From assembly GCA_951406725.2 (NCBI GenBank), contig OX597823.1, forward strand, positions 41,540,001 to 41,604,000: a DNA stretch of 64,000 nt. Reading direction: 5' to 3'. The notes beneath the pieces are model-generated. The model was not told the DNA's origin, ran no database searches, and saw only the letters and a program-made list of their open reading frames with translations. The stretch is from Octopus vulgaris. Its lineage: Eukaryota. Shown one piece after another: positions 39,364 to 52,058 of this stretch (position 1 is its first letter; each line of letters starts with the position of its first letter). A program made the translations under genes and the position numbers.

Positions 39364-41519
39364 TATCCTTTTATTGCAGTTATAATTAGTATTTTCAATG
39401 AAATTGCAACAAACTGATCTACAATATAGGTAGTAGTGCAAATCACTGCAGCCCACGAAAGTATATGCTGTAGTGAACAGTGTAAACTCTATCTACATTA
39501 CACTGTAACCAGGGTAACCAAAGATGTTCACCATCATTAGCACCATCATCATTAACACCATCATGAGTAACAGCAACATTTTATGTCTGCACTTCCATAC
39601 AGGCATGGGTTGAACAATTCTTTTTCTGAAGAAATGTTTTACTGGAAGATGCCCTTCCTTCACTTTGCCAACCCTTTTATGACATGCTAGAACATATGTC
39701 TATTCTAAAAGTGGAATAATCATGGGAATAGAGCAACCTAGGGTAGTAGAATTGAGTTATTAATTGTTCTTAAGTATTCAATCAGCTGCCTTCATGGAGT
39801 AACTAGAACAAGAACAGCAATAACAACATTAATTATCACCACTAAGAATGAGCCTCCTCATTCTTTTGAAAATGAATGGTCTAAATATACATACATGGGT
39901 TTCATCGTGATTTTTGTTGTCAATAAATTTCCATTACTTGTTTTTTTTCTTTTTCATTTAATTTTTTTTTCTTTTTTTTTTGTTTTCTTACTTAGTTCTT
40001 ACATTTATTTAATTTCAGATATGCAAAAAATAGTTTTTATTTCAATAAATTTCATTTAGACTCCTTTTGAATTCAGTACTAAGCAAATAATTTTCGATAT
40101 TCTTTATTTTATTTTTAATTAAATAAAATTAAATTTCAATTAGAGATCCATATTTCTGTTTCATTGCTTGCCAAATTAATATTTTTTTGTTAGTTATTAT
40201 GGAGTTAATTTCTAAATGTGAAGGAAGCAAAATATAGAATTTTTCTCTCTCAGACACAAGGTTAAATTTTCTTTGGCAGAACAGCAATATAACATTATCT
40301 CTTCTTTTATTGATTTCTTGATTGATGAGAGATGATTGATCCTGATGGCACTAAACTAGTTATTTTTCAGAAACCTGTTTAGCACTGTTCTGTTTACTGC
40401 AACACAATAATAAGAATAAAAAATAATAATGTAATTACATTGTACTAGAGATAGTTTCTTTTATAAGAAGGGAGAATTTAAATCCTTTGAATTGATCGGT
40501 GTCTTCTTGGGACCAAATCTCATATCACCGCCTTTTGTTCACTGAATGGAATCAACCTATTTCTTCATTAGATGAAATCCTGATGCAAAGAACCAGGAGA
40601 CTATATAGCCATCAGCTTATATGACACATATTTTATTGTTAACAACAATGATGATGAGGATGATGATGATGATGATGGTGGTTGTGGTGGTGGCAGTGGT
40701 GGTGGTGGCAGTGGCAGCAGCAATGGTGCCAGTGGCAACAGCGACAAGGAGGTAGAGAGGAAGGATTTCTGACATTGACAAGGGAAGAATATAATTGTAT
40801 GGATTGCTCTAGCAGTGCCTTGATATATATTTGATCCTATCTTAAAGGATGTAATGCAAAATTAATCCTGTTATTTTTCACTTCGAAACTAAGTAAACAG
40901 TGTGGAGAATGCCAAGAATCCATGAGAACTTTGTCATTTTATGTGATAGAATACAATCTTCAGAACAGATAATACCATCTGGGACACTAAATAACTAGTT
41001 TAATGCTAAACAACTTGAAAATAATTAGTTTAATGCTAAAAGTTTCCAAGTTAAAACCCTAACAGATTTACTTTTATTCTCCATCAATGTGAAAATACTA
41101 AGATAAATACTGATTATATACTAGGTATTCATCACAAATATCTTGCTAAGGACTAAATGATTTAGATGTATAACAGTAGAGTACAGTAGAGTACAGCCAG
41201 CCATTCCTTGGAAACCAGGACCATGCTTTCAGTCATGAATTTAGGTGTATGTGTAAAAAGGAATGAGTGTAGCCATTCTCTTGATTCTATCATTTTTGAT
41301 CCTTCAGAATATCTGAGGTGTGACAGATGGAGGGAGAGAAAACTGCACTAATACCCAACTGGTCCCTCATTTACATTTGAGTAGACTGGAGCAATGTGAA
41401 ATTAAGAACCTTCCTCAATGACACTGCACACTGCCCAAACCAAGATTGCAAACCTTTTTCTTTTTATCCTTATGATTGTAAGCCCAGCAGATTAACCACT
41501 GGGTCACATAGTTTCATAC

Positions 41520-42098
41520 ATGTATTGAAGTTTTGCATTTATAAAGCAAAGCATTATATATTTTTAAGCAAAATATTTTTATGGTGCTTCGTTTTGGTCC
41601 AAAGCATGCGAAGAATGTTTTTTTATTATTGTACAGAATCCACTTTTCATCACAAGCTACAATATGGTTGAGAAGCAGATCGGTCTTGTTATGGAGAAGT
41701 GATGAGCAAATTTCATATCTGTGCATTTTCTGATTTTCATTCAAATCATGTGGTACCCATTTGTCAAGCATTTTTAATTTTCCAATTGCATGCAAATGGT
41801 TGCAGACAGTTTTCTGGCCAACTTCTTTTGCCAGTTCTCAAGTAGTTTTACGTGGATCTTTCTCAATGATGGTCTTTGATTAAATATCATCAATGACAGA
41901 TGGACATCCACTATGCTCTCAATCTTCAAGGTTCGGGTCTCCACTGTGAAATCATTTAAACCATTTTGGGGCTAACCACTCATTGGTCATTTTCTCATCA
42001 AACATTTTGTTGATATCGTGAGCAGTTTCAGCTGCTTCAAGTCCCTTTTTAAAGTTGAATTGCAAAATTGCTTGAATATTGCACTTTGACAGTTCCAT
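41520..42098 (-). pseudogene. mariner transposase pseudogene, N-terminal half
   Basis: MELSKCNIQAILQFNFKKGLEAAETAHDIN...KWFK*FHSGD..LED...; KWVPHDLNENQK; IVACDEKWILYNN. Confidence 0.9.
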
Positions 42099-42282
42099 TC
42101 CAATTGTTCTTAACAACAGTGAAAAAATATCAATGTAAATTTATTGATGTATTTGGGCAAGTCTGTGTCTGTATTATCAGACAATTGCAAAAAATTGTTT
42201 AGAAAAAAATCAAGACTCTGCAAAAATCCAGTACATATTCTTCATGGTTCAAAATGTTGCTTACTTCTTACTCAACCTGATA
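41520..42282 (-). mobile_element. mariner element, 3'-truncated
   Basis: Single TIR TAtcaggttgagtaagaagtaagcaacatt (42253-42282) upstream of a transposase pseudogene. Confidence 0.8.
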
Positions 42283-42399
42283 GTAATTGAGCAGAGGAAC
42301 TAAAACCTAATTAACACTTAATGAATTTTCCAAATTTATGAAATGGATATAGTTGTTGACTTTATCTCACACCCCAAAATTTAGTTTCTCCTTTGGTGA

Positions 42400-42600
42400 A
42401 CACTTCCTTTATGGTGATGGCATTGATGACTTAGCAGACCAGTTCTTGCATAGATTAGTCGATGGCATTGACTGCATGGTAGTGTTGGTAGAGTACAAGG
42501 TTTGTTTTGATGAGCCTTTCTCTCCTGTCATTTGATTTCTTCTTTTCCTCTTCTGGTGGCTTTGAAGTTTTTAGTTCTGATGGTGATGGAACACCCCCAA
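42400..42600 (-). pseudogene. RTE/BovB LINE extreme C-terminal fragment with C2H2 motif
   Basis: Minus frame PTLPCSQCHRLIYARTGLLSHQCHH resembles C..C.R.F.ARIGL.SH.R.H. Confidence 0.65.
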
Positions 42601-42602
42601 TA

Positions 42603-42784
42603 CACCATATTTCCTCATGTATAAGTTTCACTAGTTTATATTTGATTTTAGCTGTAAAAACTGGAGTGTAACTTATACATGGGGCAAATTTAAAACCTGA
42701 AAGGAAAAAAATATGCCAGGATTTAAGACTAAATTACAGATGTGACTTATAAATGAATGCAACATATTCACAAACAAACCAGTA
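42603..42784. mobile_element. Tigger/pogo-like MITE
   Basis: caccatatttcctcatgtataag...gtaacttatac...gtgacttata...aaaccagta resembles the TACCGTATTT/GCGACTTATA/AAATACGGTA pattern after CpG decay. Confidence 0.6.
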
Positions 42785-42959
42785 ATTCCATATTACTGCA
42801 TAAGAGAACTTTTAGATATGATATGATGAGATATCACTATGTATGTAAAGAAGTTATATCAAGGATAATGAGTTAGCAGAAAGCAGAGATATACTGCTTA
42901 AGTAAGGAAAATATAGAGATGAATAACAGAATGATCTATGATAAAAGTTTAGTAACAAA

Positions 42960-43666
42960 TGAAATTCTATAAGATGCTTTGAGCATAGATAACAGTGTTG
43001 ACATGAATTGAGTAAAAAATACAAACCTAATGACCAGGCATTGAGAACAATTTATATAATGTTTGTTATGTATGTCTATAATGTTGTTACATCATTATTA
43101 TGTAGGATTTATATGGAGTGTGGTGAAAAGTGTAGAGTATTAATGCATGAATGCAGTAAATTAGTTTTGAAGGAATATAATAGAAGGCACATTAATGTCA
43201 CACAAATTATCCATTGGGAAATATGTGGAATGTGTTATTTGGAAAAGTAATGGAAGCAAACGCCAGTCCCTTAATATAATTGAGTCCAAAGACATCAAAA
43301 GTCTTTGGTGTTTCAGCATTCAGTGTTCACTGCAGCCGTATGATAGAAAGTAGGAGACAGATATGGTTGTAATCAAAAAGCAGGCTAGAATGTGTAAAAT
43401 CAATATTGCAATACCTGGAGGATAGTAGAATTGGGATCAAGGAAGATGAAAATATTGAGAAATATAATGATCTTATGGCTGAAGTTGCAACTATCTTATG
43501 TTTCTAAAGAAGATTTATGTTAGTGGTTGGATGCTTAGGAATAAATAGTTTCTGTTTAATTAAAGGATGGGTTAATGTTTGGAAGGGACCAAAACTAGGA
43601 CATAATATCTTAGAAAAACTGCTTTGAAGACCAGCCAGAATATTCAGAGCGGTATTAGAGATCTAA
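42960..43666 (+). pseudogene. R4/Dong-clade (RLE endonuclease) non-LTR retrotransposon, 3' fragment
   Basis: QALRT.., CRI..CGE....HECSKLVLKEYNRRHINVTQIIHWEICG, then decayed R.D.VVI..IAIPG.SRI..KE.E.IEKY.DL and TARIFRAVLEI*. Confidence 0.8.
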
Positions 43667-44719
43667 GGTAAAATCTAAATAAAAATATTTCAAATGCAAT
43701 TGGGATTTTAGTTATTTTGTTGCTGTTTTTCCCAATGGCAGCATTCTCTGGAATACTATTACAACATCAAGAAAGGGTATAATAGAGTAGCAATAATAAT
43801 AATGATATCTTTCTTAGCCACTGGATACTTCGTGGTAATAAAAGTAGGAGAGTAGTATTAATGTTTGAGAGATGAAAGGCAACTTCAGTGGGTTTTGTAC
43901 TAACAACCTAAGTAATGAGTTTAGATACTTAACAAGCATGTATCTTGTCTGATTTTCTCCTCTAGATTTCTATCATTGAGATGAAGCCTCAGTTTTATTG
44001 GAAATAATAAGTTGTGTTGGTCATGTTTTATTCCAAGATTGTTAGAAATAAGCTATGTCTGTTCAATTAGCAAATGAAAAAATAAAAACAAGTATTGGTG
44101 ATAATGTAGGTGCCTGGTCTTGTGGTTAGAGGTGTTGGTCTTATGCTCATAAAAACAAGGATTTAATTCCTGAACCAGGCAATGTGTAGTGTGCTTCATT
44201 CCACATTACCCCCAATCTCCTCAGCTGTGCAGCTTTCTTTCTCTCAAGCCATCAGATCTTAGTTATTCCGCTGAATCAGATGTGCCAGGGCTCAGAAGGT
44301 GACTGTCTGTTCGCATTTAAATAAGCACCTAAAACTATTATTGAAAGCATAGTCTATACCACCAACTAATACCTGGCTGTACCCTATTGTACTTTCCTAT
44401 TATAATACATTTAAATCATTCATTCCTTGGAAAAATATATGTGATGAATACTTCGTATATAACTGGTGATTATTTTAGTACTTTCACATCGAGGATGAAT
44501 GAAAATAAATCTGGCTGGTTTTTAGTTTAATGACATTTAATATTAAACTAGTTATTATCATTAACCTAATTATTTGCTGTTTATAATTATAGTAACTATA
44601 TGAGAAAAATATAACGAAGTAATAGAGTTGTAGAACTTGTATCACTTATTATAGTAGTTATAACTTTATTACTTAGTCATATTTTTTAATTGTAGTTACA
44701 AAAATAATATTAATGATTA

Positions 44720-44817
<98 letters not shown>

Positions 44818-45007
44818 CCATTTTGCTGTATACAAAAAAAACTAACATCAATTACATCAATCCTAGAGCTTAACTGGTACTTATTTCATCAACTCTGAAA
44901 GGATGTAAGGTAAAGTCAACCTGGACAGAATTTGAACTCTGACTATAAAAATAGATGCCATTAAGCATTTTGTCCAGCATGCTGATGATTGTGTCAGCAT
45001 GCCACCT

Positions 45008-45049
<42 letters not shown>

Positions 45050-45066
45050 TAGTAGTAGTGGTAGTG

Positions 45067-45111
<45 letters not shown>

Positions 45112-45510
45112 ATTTTGACACAAATCCAGCAATTTCGGATCGGAGGAAAGTCAATGACATCAACCCCAGTGCTTAACTGGTACTTATTGACCTTGAAAGG
45201 ATTAAAAGCAAAGTCAACCTTGACAACATTTGAACTCCGAATATAAAGGCAGAAGAAATGTCACTGAGCATTTTCTGTGATGTGGTAATAATTCTGCCTT
45301 TATAATGCTATTAATAATGATGATGCTTAATTTAGGCACAAGGTCAGCAATTTTGTGGAGAGCCATCAATCCCTTTATTTGACAGGCAATGATAAGTACA
45401 TCATTCTCAAAAGTATGAAAGGCAAAGCTTATTTCAGTGGGATTTGAACATAATGTGAAAGACCGCAACAAATTTTTCCAATGTTCTAATGATTCTGCCA
45501 GCTCACTGCT
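44720..45510 (-). mobile_element. Array of three family A SINEs with (AAT)n and (TAG)n spacers
   Basis: (aat)n 44720-44817; copies ~44850-45008, 45110-45300 and 45325-45510; (tag)n 45008-45110. Confidence 0.75.
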
Positions 45511-45822
45511 TTATAAATTCACAGTAATAATAGGTTTGATAACTAAATTAAGAAAAATATAGCTAAGTAATATAAAGTAGCAGAATCTAAATCAATTGTT
45601 ACAGTAGTAGTAATAAAAACATAACACATTTGTAATAATAAGTATTTGTTAGAGTGTATTAAGAATGAATAGATAGGTTATTATTTTGATTCTTGCTCTT
45701 CTGTGTGCAAGTCATGAATTATTATCAGTTTGGTGGACATCAGTACGCTTCAGCAAAAAATTTACTTCGTGATTTCTATAAATAAAAGCCAGTACTCTTG
45801 TTTATATTCATTGATCCAAGAT

Positions 45823-45878
45823 GGTTTTTACTGTAGACATACACAAAAAGACTGAAACACCACGGTGTCTCAAAATCC
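45823..45878 (+). ncRNA. Degenerate type-I hammerhead motif (sister copies 46113-46165 and 46774-46828)
   Basis: CTGtAGA...GAAA, stem III acacc-ac-ggtgt, triplet GUC, stem I ggttttta/tcaaaatcc; the third copy retains the canonical CTGAAGA. Confidence 0.5.
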
Positions 45879-46304
45879 TATTACATCAATGAATCACAGA
45901 TGTTATTAACACATATAGTCTCAAGAGAGGAGGTATTTTCCAATCACAATAAACTACAACGATTGGCATATTCATGCTCAATTCATCCAGAAAATATTAA
46001 GAATTACTGCTTAGGTTCACACACACATACATACACATCACATACAGACGCTAACATGCATCAACAAAAAAAATTGCTTTCTGATTTCTGTTAACAAGAA
46101 CCCATTCTTATAGATTTTACTTAAGACACACTCAAAAATTTGAAACACTGAGGTGCCTTAAAGTCCCCTTATATCAATAAATCACATGTGTTATTAACAT
46201 TCATTTAGAGGAGGTGTTCTCAGATGACGTAATACAACAGTAAGCAGGTCAAAATGTTTGAATATGCCAAAATGTATTAAGAATGAATGTATCGAGAATG
46301 AGTG

Positions 46305-46622
46305 AAGGCACATGGCTTAGTGGTTAGGGCATTCACCTCATGATCGTAAGGTCATGAGTTCAATTCCTAGTGACATGTTGTGTCCTTGAGCAAGGCACTT
46401 TATTTTGTATTTTTCCAGTTCACACAGCTGGCAAAAATGAGGAGTACTTGTATTTTAAAAGATCAGCCTTGTCACCCTGTGTCATGCTGAATCTCCCCGA
46501 GAACAATCTGGAAGATACATCTGTCTGTGGAGTGCTCAGCCACTTGCACATTAACTTCATGAGCTAGCTCTTCCATTGATTGGATCAACTGGAACTCTCA
46601 CATCATAATCGATGGAGTACCA
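46305..46622 (+). mobile_element. tRNA-headed SINE with CORE/V-like centre and tail type 1
   Basis: ggcacatggcttagtggttagggcattc..gagttcaattcc..gtgtccttgagcaaggcact; 3' half matches the tail of 13768-14155. Confidence 0.8.
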
Positions 46623-47420
46623 GTTATGTCATTGTTTTGATTTTTACTCTTCTGCATACATCTCATGAATTATGAACTGTTTGGTAGTCATCAGCATGCA
46701 TCAGCAAATAGTTTGTTTGCCAATTTCTTTAAACAAAAACCAGTTCTGCTCACTAGTTCATTGACCTAGACTAGCCTTTACTGAAGAGACACACAGTTAA
46801 ATCAAAATACTAGGATGTCTCAGTGTCTCCTTACATCAATGTATCATGTGTGCTATGAATATATAAAATTTTAACAGAGGTGTTCTCCAATAATAAAATA
46901 CAACAGTGATCAGCAAATTCATGTTCAAATCAACCAAAATATATTAAGAATGGATAGATGCGTTATTGTATAATTTATAATAATTGTATTAACTAGATTA
47001 TAAAAATGTAACCAATATAGAGTTGCAGAATGTGTATCAGTTGTTATGATATTAATTATAAAATTATGATATTTCTTTTTTCAAAGCTCTTTAAATGTGA
47101 AGATGCATAGTTGATTGATAAATATTTCATACATTACAGACATTTATTTTATTAGGTTTCATTCACATTGATGAAATACAAAGATAGTCTTGGTGAGATT
47201 TTGTATTTCAAAGATGAAATACAAAGATAGTCTCAGTAGAGAATATTTCAAGAAAATATGCTTATATATATATATATATGTATATTCATGAAATGCAAGT
47301 GGTATTATATATACCACTTGCAATCAATTAAAACATGAATAAAATTTTGTATTAGTACCAATTTCCATCGTATCCAGCATTGAAAAGAAAACAAGAATAT
47401 TTTGTGTATTTTCTGTTTAC

Positions 47421-47487
<67 letters not shown>

Positions 47488-47582
47488 TAAATATATATAA
47501 ATATATATACATATGCTTACACACATAAATATATATATACATATGTATATATATATATTGTACTTTGTATGAACATACACAC

Positions 47583-47622
<40 letters not shown>

Positions 47623-48325
47623 CACACACATGATTAAACTGCAATATGAATAAAAGGAAAATAGCTTAATATCAAAGATTTAATTCAGGAATTTGTTAAA
47701 TCTACAGAAATCTATAAAGCCGTTTGTGTACCTAAATAATTTACAAAGTACTTAAAGAAATCCAGGAATTCATGAAAAAATATAATAATACTAAATAAAA
47801 AGAAAGAAAAGAAAATATTGAAACTAAAAAAAATATCTTTATATTTAGGTTAGTCTGCCAATATTTGAAGTAATTGGTTTCAAAGCAACTGATACAAAGA
47901 CAGGAGTACTAAGAGTTATATGTACATATCTATATACATACACATACATATATATGTATATATGTATATACACATACATATATATATGTATAAATATATA
48001 TATATATATATGTATGTATATACATATAAATATATAGGTATATATGTATATGTATATATGTATGTATATACATATATGTAGATATATGTATAAATATATA
48101 TATATGTATATACATATATGTATATATATGTAAATATAAATACATATTTATATATATATATATATGTATATATATATAGATATATCATCATCATCATTAT
48201 CATCGTTTAATGTCTGTTTTCCATGCTAGCATGGGTTGGACAGTTTGACCAGTGTCTGGGAAGCCAGGAGGCTGCACCAGGCTCTAGTCTGATCTGGCAG
48301 TGTTTATACATATATGTACACATAT

Positions 48326-48377
<52 letters not shown>

Positions 48378-49565
48378 TTATGCAGGCAGCGCTGGTATTG
48401 AAGTTATAAACTCTACAATGGGCACATTTCGATTCTTAAACTAAATCTAACTCCATTTCATTTTGTCAACGTATCAGTCACTCTTTTATCATATGCCTAC
48501 CCATCACTATCAAGATGGAGATGGCTATCCACAAGTGCAAACTCCTTGAGCCAGAGTAGCTGTTTCATCCCACACCATCCTTCAAGGTAACACTCCTTCT
48601 ATTTTGTCAACTGGGACCATGATTCAGTCTGGATTACAGCAAAGTGTGTGGAATGCAAGAATTTCGTGGATTTCTACATGAACAAAAATCTTATACTAGC
48701 AAAGTTGATTCAGCAGTTGAAATAAGCAAATAAATTAAATGAGGAGGAAGTAATAGAAGAGAGACAGAAAGAAAAGGATGACTAGACAGTAGGGAAGATT
48801 GAATATGGGTAGGTCTGCTGACATCCGATGTTACATGGGTGACTTGTTGGCAACTTTCCTGATAAATAGTTTCTATGATTTCTGATTCTCAAAGTTGCTA
48901 CTCTAGTATGTCTTGTAGTGTAAATTGTGACATTACTTGTAGCTGATATCAACTAGATTGTGTACTTACTTGCTGAACTGTTCAATGACTACAATGCATA
49001 CTGTGATTTCTTCAAGTCAAATTTTTGCACAGGGGATCATTTTAACTGATTTGTACTGAATTAGGACGGTGATCTTGTTTGAAACTATGATGTCATCTTC
49101 CAACTGTATGTTTGTGTGCTTGCTTGCACACATACATGCATGCACACACATGAGTACATACACACACATACACACACACTCATTTCAATTATTATTTATG
49201 TTATTGTTTTTGCATGCCTGAATGGGTGAAATTAAGATTTATGATTTTAGTTAGAGAATTATGCAAATTAGGATTTCATCAAAGAGAATCAATGATTCAG
49301 TTTTGGTACTGTGTTTTGAATGGTGTTTTTTTTTTGCTGTACTAACCATGTTCTAAATAAATTTTAGTACCCTCCTCCATATCTATGTCCTACCTTCCAG
49401 CATCACTAATTTGCTATATCTGATTGTACCTAATAGCTTTATCATAGCTATTGAGGAAGAAATGTAGTTTCTTTTGGTTAAAATAATAGATTTTTATGCA
49501 GTAAAATCATGTTTATGTCTCTGATTTTGCTGTACTGTGTATGTTATTGTTTTAATTTTCTCAAG

Positions 49566-49601
49566 GAGCCTATTTTTAAGTGTTGTTTTAGAAGAAAATG
49601 A
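49566..49601 (+). CDS. Candidate short terminal coding exon EPIFKCCFRRK*
   Basis: ctgat branch-like motif, long U-rich tract, ttttctcaag| acceptor; lies in a repeat-free region; aataaa at ~49771. Confidence 0.2.
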   Translation, partial: EPIFKCCFRRK

Positions 49602-52046
49602 TATTTGTCCATTGCCTAAAGCAGAGAGAAGGCATGATAGACAAGGGGAGATGACAGTCGTAGATAAGGAGGAAATGGTGTATAACATCGATAAAATGTT
49701 AGAAGCATTTGAGATTTATAGAATACAAGAGTGCATGGGAATAAAGAGATCTTTAAGAATATGTTCGTAAAATAAATGTTACATGTAGTATTTACAACTG
49801 ATAGAGAGAGAGTTGCAATATTAGTGGTACAAAGAAAGAGTTTTTTTAATGAGTAGTGGAGGTGCAGCTATCAAGTTTAAAGTGCAAAATTTAATATATA
49901 GGGGTGCAGAGTGAAGACAAATAATAAAAATAGGCTTCAGATTCGAATTTTTTAAATACATGAGGTTAAGAGACTTTCTTCAAATTGTTGTGAGGAAAAA
50001 AAGATGATTAAAAATAAAATGCTAAAATAAATGAATCCCAGAAGCATTGGCTAGGTTGTCCATCAGATGTAAGTGCTGGTTCATGTTAGTCTATGTTTTA
50101 AAGATGGATTATGTACAGTGAGTGCTATGAGCTGGTAGTTGAAGGTATGCATGAATGGAGGCTTATGTTAGCACAATCATTAAATTAGTTTTCCAGGTGA
50201 GATGGTGCATGCTGAAGCTACATGGATAAACACTGTATTAGAGGATTATCTAATCCCGAGAGGAGTTACAGATGGTGAATCAAAATTACTTATACACATT
50301 CATGCATATTTTTATTATTATGTGTATCTGAATCAGCAAGCTATTTCAATAGAGAGTGTGTATTTCAATTTTTGTGTGTGTTTGTGCAGGAAGAAAAGAA
50401 GATAAAAGCCTGATAAGTGGGAGTTCACAAATATTTATTTCATGACAAAAGCCCCTCCACACCTACTACAAACATCTTTGCTTTGTTATGCTGTTTCTTT
50501 GGTTTGCTTTTATGTTGAAAAAAAATTACTCCAAGTGTGGGAGAGAGTGTGATTTTCAGAAAAATTACTTTTCAGTGTGTTTTGTTTGGAAATTCTCATA
50601 TATTAAACCTATATACTAACTAATATATCCTTTATTGAACCAACATTGTTTCAATGAATATATAAAATAAGACTCTATATAAACATTAAGTATAAAACAA
50701 TAGAATATTGTGAAAGCTTAGTTTGACTGTTATTACCACCTCATATTTTCTTATTTAAACTCTACTTTCTAAATCCTTGCTTAATAAATTGTAAAATATT
50801 TCTAATTATCTCAGGGAATTACAAGCAGATTAGTTTCTAATCTGATGTATTTATACTGAAATCAAATATAAAGTCAATTTATCTAGGTAGCATATGTCAC
50901 CTGCAAGATGTTTTACTCATGGTAAAATGCAATGTTTTTTAGTGTTATACATATTGACTTATAAGTTCAGAACAGTTACTATAAATCACTGAGAACAATT
51001 GGTAGTCTGCTTAGATATAACTAAGAGGTATCGGTTCATTTCTTGCTAGACTGTCACATTTTCTTATTCTTGCTTGTATGTACATTCTTTGATAAAATGT
51101 GTATATATTTATATATATTACTGTTTAGAAAAGATCAGTTGGTCAAGTATTTCTCTGCCACATTACATTATGGTGACATTTTCTATGCTTCAGCAGAGGA
51201 TCTTTTGATTAATACTGTATCATTTAAACTAGGTTTTCTATCTTATATAGAAACTCTTATGTACAAACTTTGATCCCTTTTCAATAAGTGCATTATGAAG
51301 TTCACAGATCAATAGACATTTCCCATAAGTATTTGAAATTTTATGTAAATTTTCAAGAAATTATATGAAATTCTTGGAATATTACTTGCAAGTGTAGTGA
51401 TAAGGTATTATGATTTTACTGAGTTGAGTTTACAGTCACATTTTCATTCTTAGAAAAAAAAACGAACTTATCACTAACCTTCAGAAATAAATATACATCT
51501 TTACAACAACGATTTCTCTAACACTCACAAAGTAACTAATTAATCTTTATTTGATAACATAATTGTAAAAACAATCCTCAAGAAACAGAAAAGTTAAATG
51601 TTTGATCTAATCTACTAGTTACATTGCTTGGAACATAGGAAATGTTAGAAATTTTATTTAGTCTGAGATTTATGTCAAAACATGAAATTTTTTAAGTATA
51701 AATTCTATGAAATATTAAATTTGTGTAAAATTTCATAAAATATAAACAATTATTTAGAATTTGAAAATTTAAAACTAAATATATATATATATTTGCTAAA
51801 TGTAAGAAATTTTTCAGAATATGTAAAGTCTCCAAAACCATAAGATAAGATAAAAATATTTGAGTTTATATACAAAATTTTGCCATGAGACATTCAAACT
51901 AATTTTTGAATTTTATAGTTCCAAATTTAAGTTGTTTGATGATGTTTTTTTGTTTTTTGTGTTTTCTCCACTTTTAACTTTTGTTATTTGTTGGCTTGTT
52001 TGTTTGAAGTTACTTATAATTCTGTGAAACTTCCCTTAATTTGCAG

Positions 52047-52058
52047 ACTCTAAAAGCC
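52047..52058 (+). CDS. Candidate 12-nt microexon of an unidentified host gene
   Basis: ttcccttaatttgcag|ACTCTAAAAGCC|gtaagt: consensus acceptor and donor, length divisible by 3, ~100-nt U-rich upstream tract. Confidence 0.6.

Larger units (their letters stand above)
45677..46957 (+). repeat. Old tandem array of three ~290-345 bp units, each with a hammerhead-like motif, split by a SINE
   Basis: Shared blocks catcagcaaa..atttct..ttta-CTGAAGA..GAAAcac..gtgtc..ttacatcaat..gaggtgttctc..tattaagaat at ~45677-46005, ~46055-46290 and ~46623-46957. Confidence 0.8.

Noticed and set aside
41520-42098. SETMAR-like domesticated gene
   Set aside because: Stops, frameshifts, an adjacent TIR, 3' truncation and no SET domain: an ordinary dead mariner
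44713-45246. Poly-Asn/Ser/Val/Leu ORFs
   Set aside because: Produced by (AAT)n and (TAG)n tracts plus SINE sequence
47170-47245. ~43-bp local tandem duplication (similar small ones at 6764 and 40988)
   Set aside because: Ordinary slippage duplication with no further structure
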